64,000 bases of DNA from Alphaproteobacteria bacterium (GTDB lineage Bacteria > Pseudomonadota > Alphaproteobacteria > CASFRQ01 > SAAU01): assembly GCA_009929265.1 (NCBI GenBank), contig SAAU01000003.1:86836-150835 (forward strand), written 5' to 3'. The notes below the pieces were generated by a model. The model ran no database searches, was not told where the DNA came from, and saw only the letters and a list, made by a program, of their open reading frames with translations. How positions within the stretch are numbered: position 1 is the first letter of the stretch; each line of letters opens with the position of its first letter. Both the position numbers and the translations under genes were made by a program. Below are positions 1 through 10,512 of the stretch, in pieces.

Positions 1-240
1 AAATCGAATATCAATCAGCCCAATAAAAAACAACAGGAAAAGCCCAATTCCATAGCGATAAAATTGCCGTAAAGCCCATGGAGAAAAACTTAAATTCCCC
101 GCAGAATACAATAAAGCAATCCCCGCAAAAACAATACAAGAAATAAAGAAAATATAAGAATAACTTAACCCCAAAATCCGTGCTTTGAAGGAAAGATTAT
201 AATCTTTATAGTAATATCTATGATCCTTAAAAAATTCCAT
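1..240 (-). CDS. rodA: Rod shape-determining protein RodA (SEDS family), N-terminal 80 codons; gene continues beyond window start
   Basis: Reverse-strand ATG at 238-240. My translation is MEFFKDHRYYYKDYNLSFKARILGLSYSYIFFISCIVFAGIALLYSAGNLSFSPWALRQFYRYGIGLFLLFFIGLIDIRF, which is hydrophobic and FtsW/RodA-like. It sits 13 nt downstream of mrdA, as in the conserved mrdA-rodA pair. It is missing from the ORF track because the window edge truncates it. Confidence 0.75.
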   Translation of the reverse strand, partial: MEFFKDHRYYYKDYNLSFKARILGLSYSYIFFISCIVFAGIALLYSAGNLSFSPWALRQFYRYGIGLFLLFFIGLIDIRF

Positions 241-253
241 TTTTATTCCTGTC

Positions 254-2035
254 TCATTTTAATTTTAACGCCTCTTCCATCAACATCGAAGCCAAAGGGG
301 CTGCAACAGAACTTCCTCCGCCGCCATGCTCCACCACGACAACAACGGCATATTTTGGCGCATCACTAGGGGCAAACCCAACAAATAAAGCATGATCCCT
401 TTCTTCATAAGGAATATTTTTCTGTTTCCCTTTTTCCCGTTGTTTTAAGGTTATTCTTTTTACCTGTGTTGTTCCTGTTTTTCCGCTCATCGTGTATTTT
501 GAATCGGAAAGTCTTGAATGATACGCCGTTCCATATTGTTCATTGACAACCGCATACATCCCTTTTTGAATGGCCTTCAAATACCTTTTTGACACGTTAA
601 GAGACTTGCCTTTTTCTTCCTCTTTTCCCTTTAGAAAATGAGGTGAAATTTCATACCCCCCATTGGCAATCTCGGCCGTCATTTTTGCCAGTTGAATGGG
701 CGTGACTAAAATAAAGCCTTGCCCAATACCGGCATTAACCGTGTCTCCAGGGCGCCAAAAATCGTTAAAACGCGCTTCTTTCCAATTTTTTGTCGGGATA
801 TTTCCCTTTTTCTCATTTGGAACATCAATTCCCGTCTTTAAACCCAATCCAAAGTGTTCAGCCATTGTTGCAATTCTGTCCATTCCTGTTTGCGGAGCGA
901 TTTTATAAAAGAACACATCACAAGATGTTTTCAGAGCATGCCTTAAATTTACCTCTCCATGCCCATAGCGATTCCAGTCATAAAAGGTATGGTTCCCAAC
1001 TTTTAAAAAGCCTTCACAGTAAATTTTCGTGCTTGGCGTGATAACTCCTGCCTCTAGCGCAGAAAGGCCCGTCATCATCTTAAATGTCGATCCGGGGGAA
1101 TACAATCCAGAGACAACTTTATCCACAAAAGGGGATCGTGGATTTAAGATAAGATTCTGCCATTCTTCCTGCAAACGATTAGGGTTAAACGTCGGCGTTG
1201 AAACGGAGGCTAAAATCTCTCCATTTTGAACATTTATTAACACCAAGGAGGCGGCAATACCTTTTAACAAATTATAAGCTTTTGTTTGCAAGCGAGCATC
1301 TAAAGTTAACGTTAAATCTTCCCCTTCATGAGGCTCTTTCTCTTCAAGTTCGCGCATTTCACGACCAAAAACGTTCACCTCTATTTTACGAAGGCCCTCT
1401 TTCCCTCTTAACTTTTCCTCATAAAATTTTTCAATTCCCCGCTTGCCTATTTTAAATTGAGGAAGCTCTAACAAAGGATTGTTATAGGTATTATCTTTTT
1501 CCGTTATGAGCCCTGTATAGCCTAACGGGTGAGCAAAAATTTCCCCGAAAGGATAATATCTGCTGACCCTTTCTTCAACAAAAACCCCTGCTAAATCTGG
1601 AAGGTTAAGCTCTATCTTCACCCGCTCATCAAAAGTCAAATTTTCCTGAATTAAAATAGGCATAAACCGTTTTTTTTGCGAAACATCTTTTTTAATCCGC
1701 TTGATTTCATCTTCGCTTAAAGGGGAAATTGAAGCATACCGCTTTAAGAAATTTTCAAGAGAAGTTCCCAAATTTTCAAACACGAAAAGAGCACGAAAGT
1801 TTTTTTGATTCACAGCAAGAGGAGTGCCATTTCTATCATATATCCACCCTCTTTTTGGCGGGAGAATCTGAAAAGAAATTCTATTTTTATCAGACAAAAT
1901 TTTATAGTCACTCCCCTCAATGATTTGAAGGTAGTAAATTCGAACCATCAGCCCTAGAAATAGTAAAAAGCAAAAAAGGACAAGGGCAATAAGGCGATGG
2001 GAAAAAACCTTAATCTTATCTGAAAGCCATGTCAT
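254..2035 (-). CDS. mrdA: Penicillin-binding protein 2 (peptidoglycan D,D-transpeptidase MrdA)
   Basis: 593 aa with an N-terminal TM anchor. Transpeptidase motifs are SxxK (GSTFKMM), SxD/N (KTSCDVF) and KTG (SGKTGTTQ). It overlaps mreD by 4 nt. Confidence 0.93.
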   Translation of the reverse strand: MTWLSDKIKVFSHRLIALVLFCFLLFLGLMVRIYYLQIIEGSDYKILSDKNRISFQILPPKRGWIYDRNGTPLAVNQKNFRALFVFENLGTSLENFLKRYASISPLSEDEIKRIKKDVSQKKRFMPILIQENLTFDERVKIELNLPDLAGVFVEERVSRYYPFGEIFAHPLGYTGLITEKDNTYNNPLLELPQFKIGKRGIEKFYEEKLRGKEGLRKIEVNVFGREMRELEEKEPHEGEDLTLTLDARLQTKAYNLLKGIAASLVLINVQNGEILASVSTPTFNPNRLQEEWQNLILNPRSPFVDKVVSGLYSPGSTFKMMTGLSALEAGVITPSTKIYCEGFLKVGNHTFYDWNRYGHGEVNLRHALKTSCDVFFYKIAPQTGMDRIATMAEHFGLGLKTGIDVPNEKKGNIPTKNWKEARFNDFWRPGDTVNAGIGQGFILVTPIQLAKMTAEIANGGYEISPHFLKGKEEEKGKSLNVSKRYLKAIQKGMYAVVNEQYGTAYHSRLSDSKYTMSGKTGTTQVKRITLKQREKGKQKNIPYEERDHALFVGFAPSDAPKYAVVVVVEHGGGGSSVAAPLASMLMEEALKLK

Positions 2036-2553
2036 AACAAATCATCCGAACTTGTGATATAAATTTTTGTGCAAATGAGGGCAATAAAGGGATAAAAGGC
2101 CACCAAAAAACACCATTGTGCCGCATCGTAAATAAAGGGAGTAAAAGCCTCCAAAACAAGACAGGCAAACAACCATTTTAACAAGAGAAATCCCGCCGAA
2201 AACATGGAGAAAATAAACCAAAGAAGCGGAAAGGAAAATGCAAAAAGATACTTTCTTTGTGAATATGTCAAGGCATACAAAAAGACCAAGGTGACCGTTT
2301 CAATTCCTAAAGGTCCAAAGGAAAGTAAATCCAAGAAAAACCCCAAAAGAAATACTTTTCCAATAGAAAGTAAATTTGGCGTATAAATGGCAAAGTAAAA
2401 CACACAAATCATAATCAAGGGAGGACGAACCACACTTGTTAAAGAAACAGCTGTCGGAAAAAAGGAAATAAATCCAATTAAAAAGGCAAAAAAGAACGGC
2501 ATATTTTTAGAAAGCCAAAAAGAAAGCCTTAATCGAAAATCACTTACAATCAT
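2032..2553 (-). CDS. mreD: Rod shape-determining protein MreD
   Basis: 173 aa polytopic membrane protein with 4-nt overlaps to both mreC and mrdA. Position in the mreBCD-mrdA-rodA cluster supports the call. Confidence 0.8.
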   Translation of the reverse strand: MIVSDFRLRLSFWLSKNMPFFFAFLIGFISFFPTAVSLTSVVRPPLIMICVFYFAIYTPNLLSIGKVFLLGFFLDLLSFGPLGIETVTLVFLYALTYSQRKYLFAFSFPLLWFIFSMFSAGFLLLKWLFACLVLEAFTPFIYDAAQWCFLVAFYPFIALICTKIYITSSDDLL

Positions 2554-3398
2554 AAATCCTCCTTCGGTATCAAGACGGAAGATAATCCAAAATCAACCAA
2601 TTCAACAAATTCTAATTTTTCCCGTTGCCCAAAAAGATGAACACGTATTTTGTTTTTCGAAACCTCTGATACGACCCCAACGGCCAATCCGGAAGGATAT
2701 ACCCCCACATGACCAGAGGAAGAAACTCTATCGCCTACTTTTATATCAGGTTCTTCGGGTAAAGCCTCTAAATAAGGATCTGCTGTGTTGTCCCCAGACA
2801 AAACAGAAAGAACACGATTTTTTCCCACAATAACAGGAATTTTAGAGGATAAATCCGTCAGCAAAAGCACCCGAGACGCCTCTTGCCCTACTTGGACAAC
2901 CCGCCCTAAAACCCCTTCACCAGACATGGCCACATCGCCGCGATTTACCCCTTGTTTTTTGCCGGCCAAAACAATCACAGATCGTGAATACGTATTTCCA
3001 GAATCGGCCACCAATCTTGCCGTTAAAAGCTTTGCCTTTTTGGGCGGGATATAGTTTAACAAGCGGCTTAAATACGTATTATCTTCCTTTAATCGATAGG
3101 AAGCGGCGCGCCACGTTTTTAAGATTTTAACCTCTTGCTTGAGGCGTATATTATCTTTACGAATTTCCCAAAGATCTTTTACCTCATCTAGCACCTTTTT
3201 TCCATAGATAAAGGGCTGAGAAAGCGTTGAAATAAAGGGATAGAAAAAGGCATTTGCCCGAAATCGAATTTCTTCAATTATAGGTGTTTTAGATACTCCA
3301 AAGAAAAGAAGAACCAAAGAAAGAAACATATAAACAAACGTCCTAAAACGCTTAAAAAACATACGAATATTTCTTAAGCGTTCTAGTCTATTTTTCAT
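2550..3398 (-). CDS. mreC: Rod shape-determining protein MreC
   Basis: 282 aa with an N-terminal TM and a coiled-coil segment. The C-terminal beta-rich part carries GDRVSSSGHVGVYPSGLAVGVV, typical of MreC. It lies between mreB and mreD. Confidence 0.88.
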   Translation of the reverse strand: MKNRLERLRNIRMFFKRFRTFVYMFLSLVLLFFGVSKTPIIEEIRFRANAFFYPFISTLSQPFIYGKKVLDEVKDLWEIRKDNIRLKQEVKILKTWRAASYRLKEDNTYLSRLLNYIPPKKAKLLTARLVADSGNTYSRSVIVLAGKKQGVNRGDVAMSGEGVLGRVVQVGQEASRVLLLTDLSSKIPVIVGKNRVLSVLSGDNTADPYLEALPEEPDIKVGDRVSSSGHVGVYPSGLAVGVVSEVSKNKIRVHLFGQREKLEFVELVDFGLSSVLIPKEDL

Positions 3399-3449
3399 GT
3401 TAAAATCTCTATTTTTAAAAGTTTAATAGGAAAATTTTCCCATTAAAGG

Positions 3450-4514
<1,065 letters not shown>

Positions 4515-4703
4515 TCATTATAACGCTTTGTTAAAGAAAGAATAAATCTTTCCTATAATAGACTACTTAAATTCATACAACACGAAGAGGTAAAACACAA
4601 CAAAAAAACGCGAAAAAACATAAATATTTTTCTATCTTTACTTCAATTAAAATTTTACCTATACTGAAGCAAATTTATAAGATCCTAAAAGGGGAGAAAG
4701 AAT

Positions 4704-5861
4704 ATGCCTCAAAACCCAAATGAAAAAGAAAAATTAAGTGCTGAAAATCGTCAAAAAACACCCCTTGTTTCGGAAAAGGAAAAGGGGGAGAGCCCTCTAA
4801 AAAAAAGAAAAAACATCCTTCTTTACAAAAGGAATTTTGCTCTTTTTGAAATTGTCATTTTGATTTTATTTGGTGTCTTTTTACTCACCTATCCTGTTTT
4901 TTATTTTTCCAAAGTCAATCGGTTTGAAAAAGACTCTCCGCATATTTTTTCTAAAAAAGAGCAAAAAGAAAAGGCACTTCCTCTTGTTTTCAAACCTATC
5001 CCCCCTAAAGCAGAAAATTCTTTAGTAAAGGATTTGGGAAAAACCGAAAAAAATCCACTTTTGAAAGAAGAAAAAAACGAATCTCTTTTAGAGGAAGAAA
5101 CACAAGCCCCTTTAAATACAGATACGCCACTTCCTGAAGGGCGAGGACAATTCTCTTTTGCAAAAGACGAATCGATTCCCTCTTTGAAAGAAAAAGAAAC
5201 GACACCCCTTTCCCCTACATCAACAGAACAAGAAGCCACTTTCCGCTCTACAGAGCTTATGAAAACCGTCTTTGAACTCAAACAAGATGTAAAGCTTCTT
5301 GAAGAGAAGATGAGCCGTTCTTCTTTGGCTAAAAAGAAAGATGCCGAAAGCTTATTTTCCCTTCTTCTTTTAAAAGACAAACTGAAAAAAGGGGCTCCTT
5401 TTAACGAGGAACTTTCCCTCTTTTCAACCCTAAATCAAGGGAATCCGGTTGCAGAAGGATTAACGAAAATTTTAACAGAGAAAAAGCCGTTAACCTATAA
5501 AGACCTTTTGCGAGCCTACAAAAAAACTTATGAAGTAGAATACATTAACTCTTTCATAAAAAAAGAGGATTTATATTGCATTAAAAAATTAAAGGAAATC
5601 TTCTTTTCAGCCTTTAAGATTCGGCAAGTTTCTGTTTCAAATAACGATACCTCAACCAGAGGCCTTCTTAATCGAGCTTACCTAGACTTAGAAAGAGGGC
5701 ATATCTATCAAGCTTTAGACACCCTTTCTTTAATGAAAAAACCGCCTAAAGAGTTTATGGATAAAGCCGAAACCTATCTTGTCATTCAAACTTATCTTGA
5801 TACCTTAATTAAGAATGCTTTGATTTCCCTTTCTGAAATTCAAGGAGGGCTAGAAAAATGA
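4704..5861 (+). CDS. Mitofilin (Mic60)-family inner-membrane protein (often annotated HemX-like)
   Basis: 385 aa. It has one TM about 40 aa from the N-terminus (FALFEIVILILFGVFLLTYPVFYF) and a long KE/S-rich low-complexity and coiled-coil middle. The C-terminal block NRAYLDLERGHIYQALDTLSLMKKPPKEFMDKAETYLVIQTYLDTL follows the mitofilin-domain pattern (R-x-YL-x-x-G-x-[LI]...A...L...[WF][LM]-x-[EK]-A...L). It overlaps the downstream HemY-like gene by 4 nt. Confidence 0.6.
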   Translation: MPQNPNEKEKLSAENRQKTPLVSEKEKGESPLKKRKNILLYKRNFALFEIVILILFGVFLLTYPVFYFSKVNRFEKDSPHIFSKKEQKEKALPLVFKPIPPKAENSLVKDLGKTEKNPLLKEEKNESLLEEETQAPLNTDTPLPEGRGQFSFAKDESIPSLKEKETTPLSPTSTEQEATFRSTELMKTVFELKQDVKLLEEKMSRSSLAKKKDAESLFSLLLLKDKLKKGAPFNEELSLFSTLNQGNPVAEGLTKILTEKKPLTYKDLLRAYKKTYEVEYINSFIKKEDLYCIKKLKEIFFSAFKIRQVSVSNNDTSTRGLLNRAYLDLERGHIYQALDTLSLMKKPPKEFMDKAETYLVIQTYLDTLIKNALISLSEIQGGLEK

Positions 5862-7009
5862 AAAAATTTCTAAAAACTTTTATTCTTTTAACTCTCTTTT
5901 CCTTTTTAGCTGTTTGGCTTGCCAATCACCCAGGGCAAATTGATGTGCGTTTTTTGGGGTATCATCTTGAATTTTCAATTATTGCCTTTTTGGTCTTTTT
6001 CATAGCTTTATCAACGGCACTTTTCTTCCTTTATATGCCCATTCATTTTGGGAAATATGTCAAAAGAAGTTTTAAGAATCGCTCTTTAAATGCGCTTCAA
6101 AAAGAAATGAATGAAACTCTTTGCTCTCTTTTGGAAGGAGAAAAAATTCCTGCTGAAAAAGCCCTTAAAAAAGCCCTTTTCTTGTTTCCAGAAAATCCCT
6201 TAGGACAAACTCTTTTAACGGCTTTAATTTCGGAAAAAAAGACAGATGGCGCCCTTCTTTATAAAAAGGAGGAAACAAAGCTTTTGGGGCTAAAATTCCT
6301 CATTGAAGAAGATTTTGAAACGGGCGATATTTCTTCAGCCTATCATCGGGCAAAAGAAGCCTTTAACTTAGATAAAAAGAAAACGTGGGTTTTAAAAGCC
6401 CTTTTTAAAGCAGCTTTTTTATATGAAAATTACGATAAAGCACGGGAAATCCTAAAACTTCTTTTCAAGCAAGACAAAATATCCAAAGAAACCTTTGAGG
6501 ATAAAGAAGCCCTTCTTTTCTATAAGCAAGGACTTTTTGAAAAAGCGTTTAATAAAGCCCCGATTGAATCGCTTTACTGTCTTTCCTATGTTCAATCCTT
6601 AAAGGACACGAAAAAAGCCGATAAAATTCTTTCAAAAGCTTTTGAAACAAACCCTTCTTTTGAGATTTACGAAACCTATCTTTCCCTTCATAACACAGAA
6701 GAAACACTTGTCTTATTGAAAAATGTTGAGCGTCTCTTCACAAAAGGAAAAGAGGACAAAATCTCCCTTCTCATCTCGGCCAAAATTGCATTAAAAGCTC
6801 ACCTTTGGGGAGAAGTACGGCAAACCTTGGAAAAATATCAAGCACTCTATCCGTTAACGAAAGACGTTGCCCTTGAAATGGCCGCCCTAGAGCGTGAAGA
6901 AAATAAAGACGAGGACGAAGCTTTACTTTGGGAAGAAAAGGCCAATGAGCTTGATAAAAAAGACAAAGAAACCTCAAAAACCTTCTTCATTGAAGATATT
7001 GATTTATAG
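5858..7009 (+). CDS. HemY-like N-terminal-domain / TPR membrane protein
   Basis: 383 aa. The N-terminus LAVWLANHPGQIDVRFLGYHLEFSIIAFLVFFIAL matches the HemY_N pattern of two TMs flanking a G-x-[VI]-x-[IV] motif. The rest is helical and TPR-like, with an acidic C-terminus. Confidence 0.7.
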   Translation: MKKFLKTFILLTLFSFLAVWLANHPGQIDVRFLGYHLEFSIIAFLVFFIALSTALFFLYMPIHFGKYVKRSFKNRSLNALQKEMNETLCSLLEGEKIPAEKALKKALFLFPENPLGQTLLTALISEKKTDGALLYKKEETKLLGLKFLIEEDFETGDISSAYHRAKEAFNLDKKKTWVLKALFKAAFLYENYDKAREILKLLFKQDKISKETFEDKEALLFYKQGLFEKAFNKAPIESLYCLSYVQSLKDTKKADKILSKAFETNPSFEIYETYLSLHNTEETLVLLKNVERLFTKGKEDKISLLISAKIALKAHLWGEVRQTLEKYQALYPLTKDVALEMAALEREENKDEDEALLWEEKANELDKKDKETSKTFFIEDIDL

Positions 7010-7024
7010 CCCAAGAGGAAGTGC

Positions 7025-7483
7025 ATGAGATTAGCCCTTTTTGAACCCGATATTGCCCAAAATACAGGAACGATGATTCGGCTTGCCAGTTGTTTTAATT
7101 TGCCGATTGATATTATAGAGCCTTGTGGTTTTTTGTGGAATGATAAGCATTTTAAACGGGCAGGCATGGACTATATTTCAAAAGCCGATATAACGCGATA
7201 CCTTTCCTTTGAGCATTACCTTGAAGAAAAGCCGAAAGGACGCCTTATCCTTTTAACAACGCATGCGAGTGAACCTTACAGTGAATTTACCTTTGAAAAA
7301 GAGGATATCCTTCTTTTAGGGCGTGAATCAGCAGGCGTTCCAGAAGAGGTTCATCATAAAGCAGATGGCCGTGTTCGCATTCCAATGGCGGAAGGGTTTC
7401 GATCCTTAAACGTTGCCTTAAGTGCAGGCATTGTTTTAGGGGAAGCCATGCGACAGACAAATTTGTTCAAAGGCCTTGTGTAG
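7025..7483 (+). CDS. trmL: tRNA (cytidine/uridine-2'-O-)-methyltransferase, SpoU/TrmL family
   Basis: 152 aa, the size of a minimal SPOUT enzyme. Motifs LLLGRESAGVPEEV and RIPM...RSLNVALSAGIVL correspond to the knot region. Confidence 0.85.
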   Translation: MRLALFEPDIAQNTGTMIRLASCFNLPIDIIEPCGFLWNDKHFKRAGMDYISKADITRYLSFEHYLEEKPKGRLILLTTHASEPYSEFTFEKEDILLLGRESAGVPEEVHHKADGRVRIPMAEGFRSLNVALSAGIVLGEAMRQTNLFKGLV

Positions 7484-7519
7484 CTTTTTCCTTAACTTTT
7501 TCAATTTATTTTAAGAAGC

Positions 7520-8254
7520 TTAAACCCGTTTTTCAGGAGACAGGCATAAATCCGCCACGGGACACGTTTCACAAAGTGGTTTTTTGGCTTTACACGTATA
7601 ACGACCCAAAAGAACAAGCCAGTGTTGCGCCCTTGATTTGTATTTATCTGGCACCCGTTTAGAAAGCTTCTTTTCAACCTCTAGCACGCTTTTCCCAAAG
7701 CAAAGACCCAACCTGTTGCATAAACGAAAAACATGCGTATCCACCGCAATTACAGGGGCATCTTTTGTCACATTCAAATAAACAAGCGCTGTTTTCCTGC
7801 CCACACTTGGCAACGTGATAAGGGTTTCAAAATCCTCTGGAATTTTGCCGTCATAGTCGTCTACCAAAACCTGAGCAAGTTCCAAAATATGCCGTGCTTT
7901 TGTGTGATAATAGTTAATGCTTTTCACAAAAGATTCTAACTCCTCTATTGATAAAGAAAGCATTTCTTTTGGACTGGAGGCGCGTTCAAACAAAGCAGGC
8001 GTGATTTTATTGACCCCTTTATCTGTGGCCTGAGCTGACAGAATAATTGCAACCAATAAGCTAAAGGGGGTCGTATGGTTAAGCTCCGTTTTCGGCGCAG
8101 GATTAAGAGCTTCTAATTTTTGAAAAAAAGCCTCAATTTCCTCTTCTTTTAAAAGGCGGGGCGCGGGAATAATCCCTTTTTTTGCGGCTTTTTTATAGCT
8201 TTTTTCATCCTTTGATTTTGCCAAAGTTTTTTCTTTTTTTACACCCTTATCCAT
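7520..8254 (-). CDS. nth: Endonuclease III (DNA glycosylase/AP lyase)
   Basis: HhH element LITLPSVGRKTALVYL and the VDTHVFR catalytic Asp region are present. The C-terminal 4Fe-4S ligand spacing is C-x6-C-x2-C-x5-C (CKAKKPLCETCPVADLC). I moved the start to ATG 8252-8254 (MDKGVKK...) to avoid a 17-nt overlap with dapB. About 45 Lys-rich residues precede the conserved core. Confidence 0.9.
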   Translation of the reverse strand: MDKGVKKEKTLAKSKDEKSYKKAAKKGIIPAPRLLKEEEIEAFFQKLEALNPAPKTELNHTTPFSLLVAIILSAQATDKGVNKITPALFERASSPKEMLSLSIEELESFVKSINYYHTKARHILELAQVLVDDYDGKIPEDFETLITLPSVGRKTALVYLNVTKDAPVIAVDTHVFRLCNRLGLCFGKSVLEVEKKLSKRVPDKYKSRAQHWLVLLGRYTCKAKKPLCETCPVADLCLSPEKRV

Positions 8255-8276
8255 ATCTTTTTCCCTTTTATTTATC

Positions 8277-9074
8277 TTAAAGCCCCAACACATCTTTCAT
8301 TGAATAAAGACCTGTTGTTTTATCTTTCAAAAAACAAGCCGCTCGAACAGCGCCATTTGAAAAGCTCTCTCTAGAAGAGGCCTTATGGGAAAGCTCTACC
8401 CTCTCTCCAATGCCAGCAAAAATAACACTGTGATCGCCGACAACATCGCCCCCTCTTAACGTTGCAAATCCAATTTCCCCAAAAGGACGGGCGCCTGTTT
8501 TTCCTTCGCGCGATAAGCGGGCTTTTTCATCAAGCAAAACCCCTCTTCCTCGTGCAATAGAACGCCCCAACTCTAACGCAGAGCCAGAAGGGGCATCCAC
8601 TTTCGCCCGATGATGCATTTCTAACACCTCAGCGTCATAGGTTTCAGGAAGTATTGAGGCTACTTTTTCAGATAACGCAAAAAGGATATTCATCCCCACA
8701 CTCATATTTGGGGAAAAGACGATTGGAATTTTTTTCGAGGCTTCCTCAATCTTCTTTTTTTCATCTTCAGAAAATCCCGTTGTGCCAATAACCATTTTTT
8801 TACCATATTGAACAGCTAAATCAAGGTGCGCAAGCGTTGCTTTTGGCGCGGTAAATTCAATAAGACAGTCAGCTTTTGAAAAAAGGGCATCCACCTTACT
8901 TGTTGCAAAAATATCCAGCTTTTCCTGCCCGATAAGAAGGCCAATATCCTTTCCATTGGCAGTATCATCTTCCAACACAGAGCCTCCCAAAAGTGAACAT
9001 TCTTTGGAAGCCAAAACACTTTTTGCAATCATCTGGCCCATTTTACCGGCAATTCCCATAACAGCTATTTTCAT
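8277..9074 (-). CDS. dapB: 4-hydroxy-tetrahydrodipicolinate reductase
   Basis: 265 aa. The N-terminal Rossmann motif is MKIAVMGIAGKMG. The DapB signature EMHHRAKVDAPSGSA is present. Confidence 0.95.
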   Translation of the reverse strand: MKIAVMGIAGKMGQMIAKSVLASKECSLLGGSVLEDDTANGKDIGLLIGQEKLDIFATSKVDALFSKADCLIEFTAPKATLAHLDLAVQYGKKMVIGTTGFSEDEKKKIEEASKKIPIVFSPNMSVGMNILFALSEKVASILPETYDAEVLEMHHRAKVDAPSGSALELGRSIARGRGVLLDEKARLSREGKTGARPFGEIGFATLRGGDVVGDHSVIFAGIGERVELSHKASSRESFSNGAVRAACFLKDKTTGLYSMKDVLGL

Positions 9075-9161
9075 AATTCCCTCTTTTTTCTTTAAAAATA
9101 TTTCTTCTTTCGTTATACTCTATTTCGTTCATATTGGCAATTTTTTTAAGAGATTTAATTT

Positions 9162-9959
9162 ATGTTTAACCTTAAACAAACTTTTCTAAAAGGGTATGAT
9201 TTATTCCTTGATTTTCTGGATGATTTCTTTTTCCCTTTTTTCAGATCTAAGTATGCTTTTTTCTTAGGGTTAATCTTATTATCTTTAATCAGCTTTTTAT
9301 TTCATGAGTTTTTTGAATGTTTTTTTAATTTCGAATTTATCTCTTATGCCTTAAGCTTCCTTATTTTTTTGATTGCTCTTTTTAAGAAAAACGGGGGCAT
9401 CTTTTTTATTAACTTTTTATGCTTCATCACCCACTTACTGTTTTCTTACCTGTTTAATGAAGGGCCGGCAAACGATGTCATCTGGACAATTTTTTTCCCC
9501 TTTTTATGCATTATTTTCCCTTTGAATTTTTGTATTAAAAATTCATTTGCTTATAATGAAAACGCCCTTTATTTTATCAAGAAAACATTTTCTTTCCTTG
9601 TTTTTGAAAGTTTATTTGTCTTTTTCATTATTTTTCTTTGGCCTGTTTTCCTGCCTTTGTCTGAAGCTATCAATTATCAAAAAGTTCTTATTGCTCTTTT
9701 GAAGGCGCCTCTTTTTGGGATAGGATTTGAAAATACAACGCTCATCCCTCCTCTTGCCTTTTTATGTTTTTTAGGAACCGCCCTTTGCCTTCTTTTTAAG
9801 GAAATTTTTTGGGACACCCTTATCAACTTGTCTTTTTTAACAACCCTCATTTTGTGCTTTTTTGCCTTTTTATCGGTTAAGGATATAACCGCTTTTTCTT
9901 TATTTTTCACATTTGCTTTTTTAGCCTTAGCTATTCCTCTTTTCCAAAAAGAATCATAA
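9162..9959 (+). CDS. Phe-rich polytopic membrane protein, unknown function
   Basis: 265 aa, with about 7-8 predicted TM segments and a very high Phe/Leu content. I recognise no motif. Confidence 0.55.
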   Translation: MFNLKQTFLKGYDLFLDFLDDFFFPFFRSKYAFFLGLILLSLISFLFHEFFECFFNFEFISYALSFLIFLIALFKKNGGIFFINFLCFITHLLFSYLFNEGPANDVIWTIFFPFLCIIFPLNFCIKNSFAYNENALYFIKKTFSFLVFESLFVFFIIFLWPVFLPLSEAINYQKVLIALLKAPLFGIGFENTTLIPPLAFLCFLGTALCLLFKEIFWDTLINLSFLTTLILCFFAFLSVKDITAFSLFFTFAFLALAIPLFQKES

Positions 9960-10021
9960 AAATCCTTTTCTTTATATCCAAAAGAGGTATAATAATAAAA
10001 AGTGTTTAGGAATTTTAAATA

Positions 10022-10162
10022 ATGAAAACAAACGAAAAGACAAACAAATGGATTAAACAGAAGGGCTTTTTAATTTCCGCCCCATGTGGTCTTGTTTGGA
10101 AGGCAAAGCAGAAAGATACCGCTCTTTTGAAAAAGCTTGTATCAAAGGGACAAAACGAATGA
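10022..10162 (+). CDS. Small basic ORF (46 aa), hypothetical
   Basis: Read from the DNA: ATG at 10022, translation MKTNEKTNKWIKQKGFLISAPCGLVWKAKQKDTALLKKLVSKGQNE, stop TGA at 10160-10162. The stop overlaps the ATG at 10159 of the next ORF (ATGA). It falls below the track's length cutoff. Confidence 0.3.
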   Translation: MKTNEKTNKWIKQKGFLISAPCGLVWKAKQKDTALLKKLVSKGQNE

Positions 10163-10512
10163 TACAAGAAAAAGATTTTGAAATATTTTTAAATCCTGAT
10201 ACGGATGAAATTATGATTATGATTTCAGAAAAAGAAGGGATGAATGAGCGCGGATGTTCTTTGATTTACGATGGAAAAGACCATGCCCTTTTATATAGAA
10301 CAAGCCGACAAATTATTCTGTTAGATTATATCAATCCTTTAATGAAAGAGCCTTTACTTAAACAAAAGAATGTTTATGTCATTGAAATTGGACATAAGGG
10401 AAATGTCTTAAATGAATATACCGCTCGGGTTAAGATTGTTCCTGAAATTCCTTTGGATGAGGTTGATTTAGAGCCCCCTTCCCATTACCTAAAGAATAAA
10501 GAGGATTTATGA
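10159..10512 (+). CDS. Hypothetical protein (117 aa)
   Basis: The track ORF starts at 10084. The ATG at 10159 (MIQEKDFEIF...) forms an ATGA junction with the upstream small ORF. The 3' end overlaps the deaminase gene by 4 nt. I recognise no motif. Confidence 0.55.
   Translation: MIQEKDFEIFLNPDTDEIMIMISEKEGMNERGCSLIYDGKDHALLYRTSRQIILLDYINPLMKEPLLKQKNVYVIEIGHKGNVLNEYTARVKIVPEIPLDEVDLEPPSHYLKNKEDL

Noticed and set aside
4901-5380. 159-aa and 66-aa ORFs antisense to the Mic60-like gene
   Set aside because: They lie entirely within the low-complexity KE/S-rich region of a better-supported plus-strand gene. The open antisense frames are a composition artefact, with no ribosome-binding site or motif.
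6771-7167. 68-aa and 106-aa minus-strand ORFs across the HemY-like/trmL junction
   Set aside because: They run antisense to two well-supported plus-strand genes, with no start context and a low-complexity Ser-rich translation.
10084-10158. ORF-track start at 10084 for the 142-aa ORF
   Set aside because: That Met is embedded in the 46-aa upstream ORF read in another frame. The ATG at 10159 gives an ATGA stop-start junction like the other junctions in this operon. The 10084 start is kept as an alternative and not excluded.
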